Positions 41,208-56,714 are shown, counted from the stretch's first letter. The stretch is 64,000 nt of DNA from Octopus vulgaris (GCA_951406725.2 OX597831.1:4588001-4652000); one strand, 5' to 3'. Notes: a model not told the origin generated them from the letters alone. Made by a program: numbers and translations.

Positions 41208-41626
41208 ATTAAGGCGGCGAACTGGCAGAAACGTTAGCACGCCGGGCGAAATGCTTAGCGGTATTTCGTCTGCTGCTACGTTCTGAGTTCAAATTCCACC
41301 GAGGTCGACTTTGCCTTTCATCCTTTCGGGGTCGATAAATTAAGTACCAGTTACGTACTGGGGTCGATGTAATCGACTTAATACCTATGTCTGTCCTTGT
41401 TTGTCCCCTCTGTGTTTAGCCCCTTGTGGGTAATAAAGAAATAGGTATTTCGTCTGCCGCTACGTTCTGAGTTCAAATTCCGCCGAGGTCGACTTTGCCT
41501 TTCATCCTTTCGGGGTCGATTGAATAAGTACCATTTATGCACTGGGGTCGATATAATCGACTTAAACCGTTTGTCTGTCCTTGTTTGTCCTCTCTGTGTT
41601 TCGCCCCTTGTGGGTAGTTAAGAAAT
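41208..41626 (+). mobile_element. SINE family B dimer within a single 15-bp TSD
   Basis: AAGATACTCGACGAA at 41193-41207 and 41627-41641. Confidence 0.92.
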
Positions 41627-41746
41627 AAGATACTCGACGAACAGGTAGGGGTTTTAATTGGGTGACAGTTAAAGATTACTATGAATCAGGGCACAAAGAA
41701 GTGGAACAAATACAGGGCACTTCTCCCAGCACTTTACTCTTCCACT

Positions 41747-41968
41747 AACACTCTAGTATTCAAACCGGTCACATCAGAACCAAATTTTCTACCTGTTTTA
41801 TGTTTAATCTGACTAAAGCTGGCCTTTTACACCTATCCTACAATGTCATTTTAAAAATCAACAATCACAACATTGAAATCGCAAAGCTATGAGATTACGC
41901 ACGATTAATTCAAATCAATGTGAATAAATAAGCCTTACATTTAGCAGGGTAGCCTGAATGCTAAAGCT
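41747..41968. mobile_element. piggyBac-type MITE copy (degenerate), paralog of 57697-58476
   Basis: TAACACTCTAGTATTCAAACCGG ... CTGAATGCTAAAG; interior matches the 57697-58476 host element. Confidence 0.55.
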
Positions 41969-42087
41969 CACTATGACTTTGTTCTATCGAATTTGAAGGA
42001 ATGAAAAGAAATGATGATCTCGGCAGGATTCGAACTTTGAGCTCTAAGAACTGAATCAAATATCGCATGTCATCAAGTTCTTTACTA

Positions 42088-42654
42088 TTGGGTTGTCCGG
42101 AAAGTTCGTGCTGATTTATAGTAGCTTACCTTTCGACTTATTTTAGAACACGGTTGAATCCATAAAATTGGAATTGACTACACCTCCATTTAGAGCACAG
42201 TTTAAGCTATCTTTTCGTGGAAGGAGGTTTATGTTCCTATAACCTGTGTTAATTCTGTAAGCCTTTGAAATGGAAGATAAGAAATTTCGTTTTCGGCACT
42301 TGATGCTTTGGGAACCAGACAAAAATTGCTGCAGCTCGGCTGGGATGAGTTACCCTACCCTCCATATTCACCAGATATTGCTCCTTTGGATTTCCACTTA
42401 TTCAGGTCTCTGCAGAATAGTCTTAATGATAAAAATTTTCAATTCCTTGGATGACGTAAAAAGATACCTTGATGAATTCTTTGCCATGAAACCACCTCAG
42501 TTCTGGGAAGAGGGTATTTTCAAGTTAAAGGAAAAATGGAGACGCATTGTGCAACAAAATGGTTCATATTTGGTTGATTAAAAATGTAATGGCAAGTATT
42601 TATTGGCCCTTTTCTTTCCTTTAAAAACCGGCACGAACTTTCTGGACAACCCAA
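42088..42654 (+). mobile_element. mariner element, internally deleted
   Basis: TA-TTGGGTTGTCCGGAAAGTTCGTGC / GCACGAACTTTCTGGACAACCCAA-TA TIRs; PYSPDIAPLDFHLF motif; C-terminus W..IVQQNGSY. Confidence 0.92.
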
Positions 42655-42978
42655 TATAATAAAACTGCTGGCTCACCAACAGAAAATCACTGATCTCAGA
42701 AACGTGAGTGCTAGAAATGGATTTGATGTCATTCGAACTTATCACCCTAGATTTTAAAGGTGTGATTAATATGTAACTTACACTAATTAAGACATAATTT
42801 CACATGTGTACGGGACTAATTACTTCGTGTGAGGTTAATATGTCAGTTTTCGAAGCAGTCGTAGTTTTAATGACAATTAATAAATATAAATTAAATTAAG
42901 TTAATTGATTTTATTTGTTATTAAAACCACCTGGGAAAGGAAAATAGTTTTACTTGACGTAGAAATGGCAGCGGGGAA

Positions 42979-43032
<54 letters not shown>

Positions 43033-43201
43033 CGTGTGTGTGTGTGTGTTCGTGTTGTGTATCTGCGCGCGTGCGCATAAACAAATGTAAATACATATAC
43101 ACACAAGTGTACATATGCACATAGACAATTACATATATACATATATATATGTATGCATACGCACATATATACTTACACATACACATTCACACAGATGCAT
43201 A

Positions 43202-43252
<51 letters not shown>

Positions 43253-43274
43253 ATATATATATATATATATATGC

Positions 43275-43307
<33 letters not shown>

Positions 43308-43344
43308 TATAATATAGATATATATATGCATATATATATATATG

Positions 43345-43385
<41 letters not shown>

Positions 43386-43637
43386 AGCGCATATGCATGT
43401 ATACGCATCTAGGTGTGTGTGTATATTTATATACACGCACATACATACACACACACATATATGTGTGCATAAGCACACACATACAAATATAGACACGCGT
43501 CCATACATATATACATAGAAGCACGTGTGTATATAGACGATATATAAACGATCTACAAAAGACAAATAAAAATAGAAATAAAAATTTTAATTTCATAATT
43601 CAGTCTGTTTCATTTGATTTATGTTTAGTTTCTCGAG

Positions 43638-43650
43638 ATGATGAAGATGA

Positions 43651-43681
<31 letters not shown>

Positions 43682-43731
43682 GATGATGATGATGGCGACG
43701 GTGATGATGGCGACGGTGATGATGGCGACGG

Positions 43732-43783
<52 letters not shown>

Positions 43784-43818
43784 GATGATGATGATGGCGA
43801 CGGTGATGATGGCGACGG

Positions 43819-43879
<61 letters not shown>

Positions 43880-43929
43880 GATGATGATGATGGCGACGGT
43901 GATGATGGCGACGGTGATGATGGCGACGG

Positions 43930-43967
<38 letters not shown>

Positions 43968-43974
43968 GCGACGG

Positions 43975-44019
<45 letters not shown>

Positions 44020-44102
44020 CGATGATGATGATGATGATGATGAAGATAATGATGATGATGACGATGATGATGACGACGATGATGATGATGATGATGGTGA
44101 CG

Positions 44103-44133
<31 letters not shown>

Positions 44134-44265
44134 TGATGATGACGATGATTATGATGATGATGATGTTGACGACGACGACGATGATGATGATGACGATGAT
44201 GATGACGACGATGATGATAATGATGACGATGATGATGATGATGACGGTGTTGAAGATGACGATGG
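43638..44265. repeat. (GAT)n array with periodic GGCGACGGT interruptions
   Basis: Seen directly. Confidence 0.95.
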
Positions 44266-44354
44266 AGGCGTTAGGGATTTCATCTTAATTCCTAATATTT
44301 AACTAACATCATAAAAATATATCCTCCTACACACATCATGAATACATGCATGGG

Positions 44355-44403
<49 letters not shown>

Positions 44404-44961
44404 TCACACACGCACACACGCGTATATATAAATATGCATACGTATATGCATACATCCGCACACACGTATATATAAACGTGCATACATATACACACGCACA
44501 CATATACATAAACATGCATCCGTATATACATACAGCCGCACACACACATGTATATATATAAACATACATTGTATATACATATACACACACACGTCTATAT
44601 AAACATGCATATGTATATACATACACACACATGTATATATAAGCGTGCATACACTCATGCATATATAAACATACGTACGTAAATGCATACACACACATGT
44701 ATACATAAACATGCATACGTACACACACACACACACACACATCCACAGACATAAGGCCAATGAAATGGAGGACGACATATTTCCTATAAATAGAAAATAT
44801 GTGTATGATGCGATATTTTAAATGTTTTCATGGAAATTTTATAAGGTTTACAGTAAATTTATTCTCAAAAAGCACCGCCACCGCCACCACACTACCATCA
44901 TCATCATCATCACCGTGACCTCCTTCTTCTCCTCCTGTCCCTTTTCACAACACTAATTTTT

Positions 44962-44962
44962 G

Positions 44963-45060
<98 letters not shown>

Positions 45061-45463
45061 GACATGTCTCAAGATATTCCTTTTTATTGAATCGTTTAAA
45101 GTTTATAATTTACTCTTTACTATCGTTATTATAATCGTCCATTCTCCTCTTCTTCTTCTTCCTCCTCCTCCTTCTCCTCCTCTTCTCCTTCTTCACCTCC
45201 TCTTCCTTCACATTCGTTTTCATGATCATCATCACCATTATCGTCACCACCACCACCACAACCACCACTACCATCTCATCATCGTCATCATCATCATCAT
45301 CATCGTCGTCATCGTCATCATCATCACCGTCGTCTTCTCCTTCTCCTTCTTCTTCTTCTTCTTCTTCTTCTTCTTCTTCTTCTCCTCCTCCTTCTTCTTA
45401 GTGCTATTATTTTTGCTGTTGTTGTTCCTGTTATTATTATCATTATTATTATTATTATTATCA

Positions 45464-45508
<45 letters not shown>

Positions 45509-45562
45509 GCATCATCATCAATTTTATTATTGTTATTTCTATTATTACTATTATTATTATCA
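44962..45562. repeat. Compound (ATT)n/(CCT)n/(CAT)n/(CTT)n array
   Basis: Seen directly. Confidence 0.93.
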
Positions 45563-46251
45563 TTGTTTAATTTTGCTTTTCATTGAATAATTTTTACACT
45601 TTTTAATACGATTGCCTTCTTTTTTTTTTTTTGGTTTTTGGTTTTTGTATCCGTTTCTCCAGGACTTATTTAGCTGACCTTTTATCAAATTCCTAGTCGC
45701 CCTCTTTCTCCACACGCTTTATTTTGTCACACTCACCGCGCCAACCACCACCACCACCACCACCACCACCACCACCACCTTCACATCACCCGATTCTGAT
45801 GCACCAAACTTGCATAGAGAGGGAACTTTATATTAAATATTCTTTAAAATCGTCGAAAACCCCACAGAATTTTAGAATTTCAAACGTCAGAACGAAGAAT
45901 ACACAACTATATGACATGTTCCGAGTTAATTAGTTAAAGTGAGATCTGTGATATGTGAGAAGAGCGTGGGAAAGGGAGACAATCGGCATGAGCAAAGCAT
46001 TGTAGTTGTTTCTTTTACTTTTAATATATATTTTTTAAAACTTTTAATTTATATTTTTTCTATTCATTTTAAATGTTTGCAATTTTTTCTTTTTATTTTT
46101 TCAAAATTTCATTCTTGCTTTTATTCTGTTTATTTTTTTATTAATATTATTATTATTTTATTTTCATATTTTTGACGGAGGTTGCAGTGTATAAATATCT
46201 TGAAAACGAATTTCTTTATTCATCGTAAATATTTAATTATACAGAATGGCG

Positions 46252-46254
<3 letters not shown>

Positions 46255-46323
<69 letters not shown>

Positions 46324-46475
46324 TTACTATAATAATAATAATGATAATAATGATAATAATAATGATAATAATAATAATAATGATAATAATAATTATAATA
46401 ATAATAATAATGATAATAATAATAATAATAATGATTATAATAATAATAATAAAGATGATAATAATAATAAAGATG

Positions 46476-46533
<58 letters not shown>

Positions 46534-46830
46534 TGATGATAATAATAATAATGATAATAATAAGGATAATAAACATTAATGATGATAATAATACAGATGA
46601 AATTAATAATGATAATAATAATTATGATGACACGACAAGATGACGATGATGATGAGTATGATGGTGTCAATGATGACAATGACGGTGAGGCAATGATGAT
46701 GGTAGTGATGATACTGATGATGATGATGAGGATGAAGATGAGGATGAGGATGGTGACGACGATGACGACGACGATGATGATGACGATGTTGATGATGACA
46801 ATGATGATGATTATGAAAATTAATAACAAT
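46255..46830. repeat. (AAT)n/(GAT)n array
   Basis: Seen directly. Confidence 0.93.
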
Positions 46831-47554
46831 AAAAAATGATAAAAATGGACAATAATGGCTGCATCATTTGAAAAGCTGGCAATACAACAACAGCAACAAC
46901 AATGACGACGATAACAACAACAACAACAAGAACAGAAACAACGTCATCAATAATATCGAGAATAACAATGAAGACAAATTATGAAGAAAAATGCAAATTT
47001 TCGAGTGGCGGGGTGAGGTGTGGCGGTGAAGGTGGTAGTCGGGGGTGGGCGAGTATTCAAATGAAATGGGGAGAGATAGACACACACACACATGAGGGTG
47101 GGAGGTAGCTAAGAAAAAATAAAGGAAAGAGACGGAAGGAGGAGGAGGGGTGGTGGTGATGGCGGTGGTGGCGGAAGTGGGTGGGGTGAAACACATTTAC
47201 TAAATGAATGATTTCTGACAATACTCAGATTTTTGTTGAAACGATAAACACACGGGGGTAGACACATACATACACACACATATATATACATATATATATA
47301 TACAACAGACAGAGAAAAACATGTAGAAACACTCAGAAGGTATAGAAAGACAAACTTGAAGACATATGCACACAGTATTTGGCAATTTCTTTCTCAGAAC
47401 TTCCGTGTGTATATATTTATTATGCATATTATATACGTGTGTGTGTGTGTATATATATATACATACATATATACATACATATATATGTCATATAATATAT
47501 ATATTTATCATATAATATATATATCATATGAATGTAAGCGTGTGCAAATACATT

Positions 47555-47602
<48 letters not shown>

Positions 47603-47728
47603 TGTATGTATATGTATATATGTATATATATATTATATTATACATTATATATATATATATATACTATATATTGATATACATATATGTATACATATGTGTA
47701 TATATATATGTATATATGTATACATATA

Positions 47729-47763
<35 letters not shown>

Positions 47764-48357
47764 GTGTGTGTGTGTGTATTACACTATATTACATTTTTAT
47801 TATATTAATTATATTATACTATATATTCATATATATATATACATATGTATAAATATATATATATATATATATGATATATATATATATGATATATATATAT
47901 ATATAATATATGATATATATACGATATAATATATATCATATATATTATATATCAATATATATGAATATATAGTATAATATAATTAATATAATAAAAACGT
48001 AATATAATATAATATATATGGACATAGAGTATATATATAATATAAAACAAAATATATATATATTTATATATATATATACATATATACTCACACGCACATA
48101 AATGTATTTGCGTGTGCTTGATACAACTCAAGCGAGTTGTATACATTTGCACGTTCACAAACAGACGCCTTTGGCGCTCACACACACACACATACACACA
48201 CCCACGCAGGCATTATAATTTAAACCAAGACAGACACATAGTATTGCATTTCATTTTAAAAGAGCTTCTTTCCGGGGTTTAAAATATAAATTTTATTTTG
48301 CTTTCCACCCAGTATTGAATAAGTTGAAGCTGAGTAAATGAAGATTGCAGCATCGTT

Positions 48358-48431
<74 letters not shown>

Positions 48432-48435
48432 CATC

Positions 48436-48531
<96 letters not shown>

Positions 48532-49240
48532 CATCTATCTATCTATCCATCTATCTATCTATCCATCTATCTATCTATCTATCTATCTACCCATAGTCTT
48601 CATTCATATATGTATGGATGAATGAGTGTGAATTTATATTGAAATATACCCGTATTTTATAGTAAGAACAGGGCTAACAGATATAAGAAAAACCCAGCAT
48701 TCAATAAATAGTTAAGTATTCTTTATCTCGTGTCTAATTCCACAGCGAACGCTGTTTCGATACTCAGTGACAGCAACTAATTATGACACAGACCGAATAT
48801 AGAACAAAACACACAGACATCCACGCACACACAAACATACACACACATTCCTGCGCGCGCTCATACGCAGGTGTTATTTATCTCTCTACATATCAACCAT
48901 ATACTCCCTAGTTCATAAACCGAAATAAATTTAAAACACCCACAAATAATTATTATACGACCCTGTAAAAACCGACAGCTGTGTTTATTACTAAAGTCCA
49001 ATCAATTTAGTCTTAACAGACCATGTCGTTAAAACTTGGTTTCACTACTACTACTACTACTACTACTACTACCACTGATACTTCTGGTACACTTACATCA
49101 TATATGTGTGTATGTGTGTGTACAGATTAATATATATATATATATATACATATACATACATAAAATATGCATGTCCATACATAATTACACACACACATAT
49201 ATATATATATATACATATTTATATGTCTAACCATATATTC

Positions 49241-49277
<37 letters not shown>

Positions 49278-49526
49278 TACATATACATAAATCCCCAAAA
49301 TAGAACAAGAACGCAACAGATAGTTAATACAAAGACGGACAGGAAGAAAGAAGGATGGGTCATTCCTGGCCTTCTCTCCTCGGTGAAGTTTCCAGATTAT
49401 CCTTACAATTTCAGCCGGTTACACTTGAGACTGTACAAATCTGGTTGTCCTCTAAAATGTAAGCTAAGAGCATTAAATATTTTGGGAGGAAGTAAATGTG
49501 TACGGTAACAAAGACAGAAAAATGAC

Positions 49527-49563
<37 letters not shown>

Positions 49564-49846
49564 ACTATGTGTATATATATATACTGCTTTCCCTATGAAT
49601 GTTTTCTATACAACGCCGTTTTCACAATCCTGTAAATAATAATAATGGTATTTTTATATAAGTTTAAAGCGTATGGCGATTACCGTGCAGTGACTAAGGA
49701 AAATAGCCTAATAAAGCGGCATATAGGCCCTCGACAGAATCAAGAAGATTTTCCTTTCCTCGAGGGAGTCGAACCCACTTCACTTTGTTAACGCGACTAA
49801 GTATGTTTTAACGCTCAAGTGGCTGAGCAATCCACAGACACGTGTG

Positions 49847-50698
49847 CGGTGCGATGGATAAATTGTCGCCATTTTATATTTTTAATTTCGAGCATGCATA
49901 CTGTTTGTCTTTGATTTCGTCAGCTACTCAGTATAGTAGGGTCACTTTGGCACCGTCTTTGAGAAAAAAAGCATTATGATGCAATTCTGTTCACCGGAAA
50001 TTTGGAAATGACATGCTGTTCTGCTTGGCACTCACGCCGGAAGCTCCAATACGAACATTTCAGAGTGCCTGGGTGTCAGTATTAGGACAGTGCAATCTGA
50101 GGACATGTACCGAGAGTGATAAAAATCAAACATCCAGTCAACATCATATTGTTTCGAGTGATCACTAACGATGGTGACGTTATGCTTCCATCCATCATCC
50201 CACACGCCCTCAGACTCAAGTTGTTGGTCTACATCAAGTACCTGGAGGCGCCAGTACTGTTCTGGCTCAAGAGGGTGGCTGCTGGAAGACCCTATGTCAG
50301 GCAACAGGACTCTGCACCATGCCACACAAACAGGAGAACCCAGTCATGATTGCCAGACAATTTCTGCGAACACATCATACTTAACTCAACAGACTCCGTT
50401 CATTATAATGTGTAGGGCGCAGTTGAGTGAGAGCCCAACAAAACTCCTTAAAACACCAAACATGAACTGAAGGCAAGGATTGTGGCAGCATTCATCAACT
50501 TAAACGAGGACACCGTCCAGAAGAGTTGCAGGAGATTCCGAAGTCGTCTGGTTGAAGCCAATGACGATTTTATTAAATAAATTTACTCTTTAGTATTTCA
50601 AAATATTTTTACGCAATTTTAGTAAATATAACTGTTAAAATAAGATGTTAGTCTTCTTTTCATTTTTGCGTAATTTAGACAATTTATTCACCGCACTC
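49847..50698 (+). mobile_element. Tc1/mariner (maT/DD37D-like) element, internally deleted, TIR-bounded
   Basis: TIRs GGTGCGATGGATAAATTGTC / GACAATTTATTCACCGCAC; peptide KHPVNI..GDVM..YIKYLE..WLKRVAAGRPYV.QQDSAPCH. Confidence 0.82.
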
Positions 50699-50734
50699 TT
50701 CTCTATATCTATCTATCTATCTATCTATCTATCT

Positions 50735-51040
50735 CACGTGATCACCGTGACCGACCAGGCTCTCAGATGATGCTATATATCGCTGATCACAATGCGCTTC
50801 GCATTGATTTAGCCTTCAAATGACGCCACCCCACTGGGTAAGCGAGCAGGCCAACAGAAGAAAGAGTGAAAGAAAGTCTTGCGAAAGAGTACAGCAGGGA
50901 TCGCCACCACCTCCTGCCGGAGCCTCGTGGAGCTTTGGATGTTTTCGCTTAATAAACACTCACAGCGCTCGGGATGGGAATCGAAACCGCGATCCTACAA
51001 CCGCGAGTCCACTGCCCTAACCACTGGGCCATTGCACCTC
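50735..51040 (-). mobile_element. SINE family C head and body with a third tail type
   Basis: Head and body match 18860-19050; tail ...GCCTGGTCGGTCACGGTGATCACGTG then (GATA)n. Confidence 0.8.
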
Positions 51041-51606
51041 CACACACACACATATACATGTGCGTGTATATATGTTATTATATATACTTACATATATATA
51101 TGTAACTATATATATATACGTACACGCACACACATTTATGTTACCTTTCTGCTACACATTCCTTCCTTCCCATGTTGTTCACTCCGCTAATATACAACTC
51201 AATTAATAATATTATCCTTTACCCCCAAATGATTACCATCTTACAACCTCCATAGCAATGTTTATAAATTACCAACAAGTTTCACTTTTTACGAAAATAT
51301 TTGTCTTACATGATTTATCTCAACGTTTCCCACCTTCTGTTATTATTCCTCTACACACCCGTCCTTACCACCATATTTTTTGATTTCTTTTGTTTTCTCT
51401 TTATTCTCCCATCTTTGCGATCCATTATGGATGTCCTGTTTTCCTGTTTCATGCGACGTTGTGCACAATATATAATTTTCCAATCATAACTTAAATTCAT
51501 TTATAGCACTTCATGATATTTCGTGTCTACATTATTAATATTTTATTACACACTCATCTCAAAATATGAACTACAATGGATTAATATAGTTTTATTGTTT
51601 TTCCGG

Positions 51607-52400
51607 CGAGAGCTGGCACTTCGTCGGTTACGACGATGAGGGTTCTAGTTGGTCCATAAAACGGAACAACCTGTTCATGAAATTCACTTGCAATTGGGTG
51701 AGCGCTACGAAGACATGCGTACCCTTAACGTAGTTCTTAGGAATATTCAACGTTATAAAGGTGTGACAAGGCTGGCCCTTTGAAATACAGGTGCTACTCA
51801 TTTTGGCCAGCTGAGTGGACTGGAGCAACGTCAGATAAAGTGTCTCGCTTAAAGACACAGTGCATCGCCAGGTATCGAACTCATGACTTTACAAGCATGA
51901 GCCACCCGAAAGGCGGCGAGCTGGCAGAAACGTTAGCACGCCGGGCGAAATGCTTACCGATATTTCGTCTGCTGTTACGTTCTGAGTTCAAATTCCGCCG
52001 AGGTCGACTTTGCCTTTCATTCTTTCGGAGTCTATTAAGTACCAGTTATGCACTGGGGTCGATATAATCGACTTAATCCCTTTGTCTGTCCTTGTTTGTC
52101 CCCTCTATGTTTAGCCCCTTGTAGGCAATAAAGAAATAAGAAACGTTAGCACACCGGGCGAAAAGCTTAGCCGTATTTCGTCTGGCGCTATGTTCTGAGT
52201 TCAAATTCCGCCGAGGTCGACTTTGCCTTTCATCCTTTCGGGGTCGATAAATTAAGTACCAATTACGCGCTGGGGTCGATGTAATCGACTTAATCCCTTT
52301 GTCTGTCCTTGTTTGTCCCCTCTGTGTTTAGCCCCTTGTGGGCAATAAAGAAATAAGAATGAACGAGCCGAATATCTTAATCACTTAGCTATGTGCCCTC
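51607..52400. mobile_element. SINE family C variant (-) interrupted by a SINE family B dimer (+, 51909-52356)
   Basis: Family C tail at 51615-51790; the head resumes after the dimer (GAGCCGAATATCTTAATCACT). Confidence 0.8.
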
Positions 52401-52547
52401 ACCTTGGGATAACAGAATTATAAGAGTATCACAAAAACTGCTTTGCGGTATTTGTTCTGGTTGTTAATGTTCTGAGTTCAATTTCCATTAATTTTGCCTT
52501 TCATCCTTTCAGGGATGATAGTATGAAGTACCAGTGAATTACTGGTA

Positions 52548-52963
52548 TACTCTTTTACTCTTTTACTCTTTTACTTGTTTCAGTCATTTGACTGCGGCCA
52601 TGCTGGAGCACCGCCTTTAGTCGAGCAACTCGACCCCGGGACTTATTCTTTGTAAGCCCAGTACTTATTCTATCGGTCTCTTTTGCCAAACCGCTAAGTG
52701 ACGGGGACGTAAACACACCAGCATCGGTTGTCAACCAATGCTAGGGGGACAAACAAAGACACACAAACACACACGCACACATATATATATATACATATAT
52801 ACGACAGGCTTCTTTCAGTTTCCGTCTACCAAATCCACTCACAAGGCTTTGGTCTGCCCGAGGCTATAGTAGAAGACACTTGCCCAAGGTGCCACGCAGT
52901 GGACTGAACCCGGAACCATGTGGTTGGTTAACAAGCTACTTACCACACAGCCACTCCTGCGCC
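52548..52963 (-). mobile_element. SINE family A, full length
   Basis: Reverse complement of 33350-33808; (TACTCTTT)n tail. Confidence 0.93.
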
Positions 52964-53310
52964 TATCGAAATAATTTTTTAAACTTCTTCCTCTAAAATT
53001 GCTGGCCTGCACCTGTAGAATGGAGAAAAGCAGTTGGGTGGGGATGTGTGCGTTGACGGTCAGGGTGATCCTGAATCTCTCGGATTCCTTGAATAGGTTA
53101 GAAGAGGATAAAGATTCTTCCTGAGTCATTCAGATCAATAGGGCCCGGTTTTCTCGGTTTCCGTGACGCATATATTTTTCCCCGGGATAGGACGCCAGTC
53201 CGTCGCAAAATTACTCACTTTTGCCAACTTAGCGAACTGGAGCATGTTAACACTTTCGATCAGTTAAGATCAGAAGCCACGAGAGCCACTGCTTGGTACT
53301 GCATCAGGGC

Positions 53311-53433
<123 letters not shown>

Positions 53434-53444
53434 CATCATCATCA

Positions 53445-53475
<31 letters not shown>

Positions 53476-53477
53476 CA

Positions 53478-53983
53478 TTCAGTAGTTTTATGTTTATAGC
53501 GTGCTTTCACTTCACTACCGAGCGCAGCTCTGTGTGCCTTGGGTATGTCTTGTGATTTGTTGTGATACTCTGATGGTTATTGTATGGAAAGTGTTCTGCG
53601 TAGGATGTGTGCAGTACCTAGTAGTGCAATTTTCTGTATGTTACATGTGTTTGTAAGTCCTGGTGTTTTTGTTATGTATTTGTTTGAATATTTTTTTATC
53701 ATGCCTAATGCACCTACTATGATAGGAATTGTTTCTGTTTTTAGATTCCACATTCTGGTTACCTCTATTTCCAGGTCTTTGTATTTTGAAAGTTTCTCCA
53801 TTTCTTTTAGAGACACGTTGTCATCTGCCGGTATTGATACATCTATTAGAAAGCATTTTTTTTCTTCATGATTTCTGACAACTATATCTGGTCTGTTGGC
53901 CTTAATTTCTCTATCTGTGTGTATCGGCATATCCCAGAGTATGGTTGCTTTCTCGTTTTCTGTGACCTTTTCTGGTGTGTGCC
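53478..53983 (-). mobile_element. Dong/R4-clade RLE retrotransposon, short 5'-truncated copy inside (TAA)n
   Basis: Open C-terminal RLE domain ILWDMPIHTDREIKANRPDIVV..CFLIDVSIPADDN..KEMEKLSKYKDLEIEVTRMW..IPIIVGALG; (ATT)n on both sides (53312-53477, 53984-54160). Confidence 0.93.
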
Positions 53984-54151
<168 letters not shown>

Positions 54152-54161
54152 CATCATCATT

Positions 54162-54330
54162 AAGGCGGATAGCTAACAGACACGTTTGCATGCCGAGCGA
54201 AATGCTTAGCGGTATTTCGTCCTTCGCTTTCTAAGATCAACCCCGCCGAATACCAGTTGCGTACTGGGATTGATGTAATCGATTATGATCCTCCGCCAAT
54301 TTTCAGGCCAGGCGCCTATAATAGATTATT
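54162..54330 (+). mobile_element. Degenerate SINE family B
   Basis: AAGGCGGATAGCT..GCGAAATGCTTAGCGGTATTTCG. Confidence 0.7.
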
Positions 54331-54833
54331 GTTGCTGTTGTTGTTGTTTTAATAGCCACAATGTGCCAGTTAGTCCTAAATATAGTAAGTCCAGCTGAAA
54401 TAGACATTGGTCACTTCTAGAACATACTTGATCATTCTGGATGAGAGTCGACCTGGGGTTAAACAGCAAAAGTCACACAAAACAATCCGACTATTTTTCT
54501 GTCCCTTAGTAAATATCCCCACCATAACCATCACCGACCACCGCCTCTCCATTAAGCACTGACACGGGATGACCTTTCTGACACGCCCCTCATTCGATTT
54601 TCGCGTACTTTTGGCGGTTTTGCCTGGATTTTAGTGTGGGTGTTGAGGAAAAGGAAGTTGTGTGTATATGTGTATATGTGTATATACGTGACGGCATGTG
54701 TGTATGTGTGTCTATACCAGTAGATGTATAAGTGTGAATATATGGTTATATGTTTATATATGTATGTATATGTTTATATGTGCATATCTGATGGATATGT
54801 GTGTATATAAAAATGTATGTGCGTATTTGTTAC

Positions 54834-54877
<44 letters not shown>

Positions 54878-54998
54878 TGTGTCTGTATGCAAACCCATGT
54901 GTAAATGTGTGTATATATATTTGCGTCAAAACACATTGCAATATATATGCATTTACCTGCTTGATTACGCATACATTCAACTATAGATATTTAAATTT

Positions 54999-55048
<50 letters not shown>

Positions 55049-55165
55049 TGTGTGCGTGTGTCTGCATGTATATATGCATACATTTATACACATATCTGAA
55101 TAGAAATATATGTGCGTATGAATCTATATCTGTATCTGTCTATCTAACCATCCATCCATCCATCC

Positions 55166-55234
<69 letters not shown>

Positions 55235-55971
55235 CCTATTTCTCCCCTCCCCCCTCTCTCTCTCTATATATATATATGTACATATATATGAATATATATA
55301 TATGTGTGTACGTATATATTTGTACATATATATGTATATATACATGTGTGTGTGCCAGAATCTATATATGTATGTATGTACGTATGTATGTATGTATGTA
55401 TGTATGTGTGTGTGTGTGTGTGTATGTGTGTGTGTGTGCATTTGCGTGTGTAGTTACGACACACGTTCACGTGCAGGCTAACATTCAAATTCTGCAGGTC
55501 AGTTTTAGTACGTTTTAGGTAAAGGTGGAGGTGGAGGTGGTGGTGGTGGTGTTGGTGGTGGTGGTGGTGGCGCAGGCGGTGGTACTGGACGTGTTGGTGT
55601 CGATGGGGACAGGGGACATTTTATATAGGATTACCATCCGCTTCACTGTTCTCCCTCACCCCAGCTCACCCGACCTTCCTCCCACCCTCATTTCTGTGTG
55701 ACATCGATAGTTTTGTCATTTATCATCGTGACACGGAGACGTCGTTGTCGGATATGATAGAGAAAATGGCTTTGGTTAGGATGGAGTGGCTTTCATATTC
55801 TGACATATTCTGACCACCACCACCAAAAGCACCACCACCCCACCACCACCGCCATCACCACTACCGATGCCATCATCTCCGCCATCACCACTATCTTCAC
55901 CACCACCACCACCCACCACCAGAATAGCGACACCTGGTGCTGGATGCAGCTTAATGCCACTGACATCAAAG

Positions 55972-56245
<274 letters not shown>

Positions 56246-56622
56246 ATACTGTTCATTGTTATTGTTGAAGTAACGGTAGTAGTTTTAGTGTTACTACTAC
56301 CTCCTGTACCAACTCCACTAAAAAGAGACCGTCATCGATCATTTTCCCATCTTCCCGTCCGCCCAAAGATGCTGACCTCTTTCATCCCACCTCCCTATTT
56401 AGGGGTCACCGCCAATTACCCTACCATTTGCAGAGATGCTATCAGGATGACTGGTAAATGTAGTTGCTGACGTTGTTGTTCCTGTTGTTGATGTTGTTGT
56501 TGTTGTTTCTGATGTTGTTGTTGCTGTTGTCATTGTTGTTGTTAGTAGGATTGCCACACCTGAAAGTTGTACATGAAAAACATTCAATTTCCAACGGACG
56601 TACGAGTATAAGTCAGTCAATT

Positions 56623-56667
<45 letters not shown>

Positions 56668-56714
56668 GTCAATGAACCAATCAGTCAACCAATCAATCAT
56701 TTTGTCAACCTACA

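Noticed and set aside
48958-48985. ACCCTGTAAAAACCGA, resembling the miR-10 5' end
   Set aside because: There are several mismatches to the mature sequence and no complementary hairpin arm nearby.
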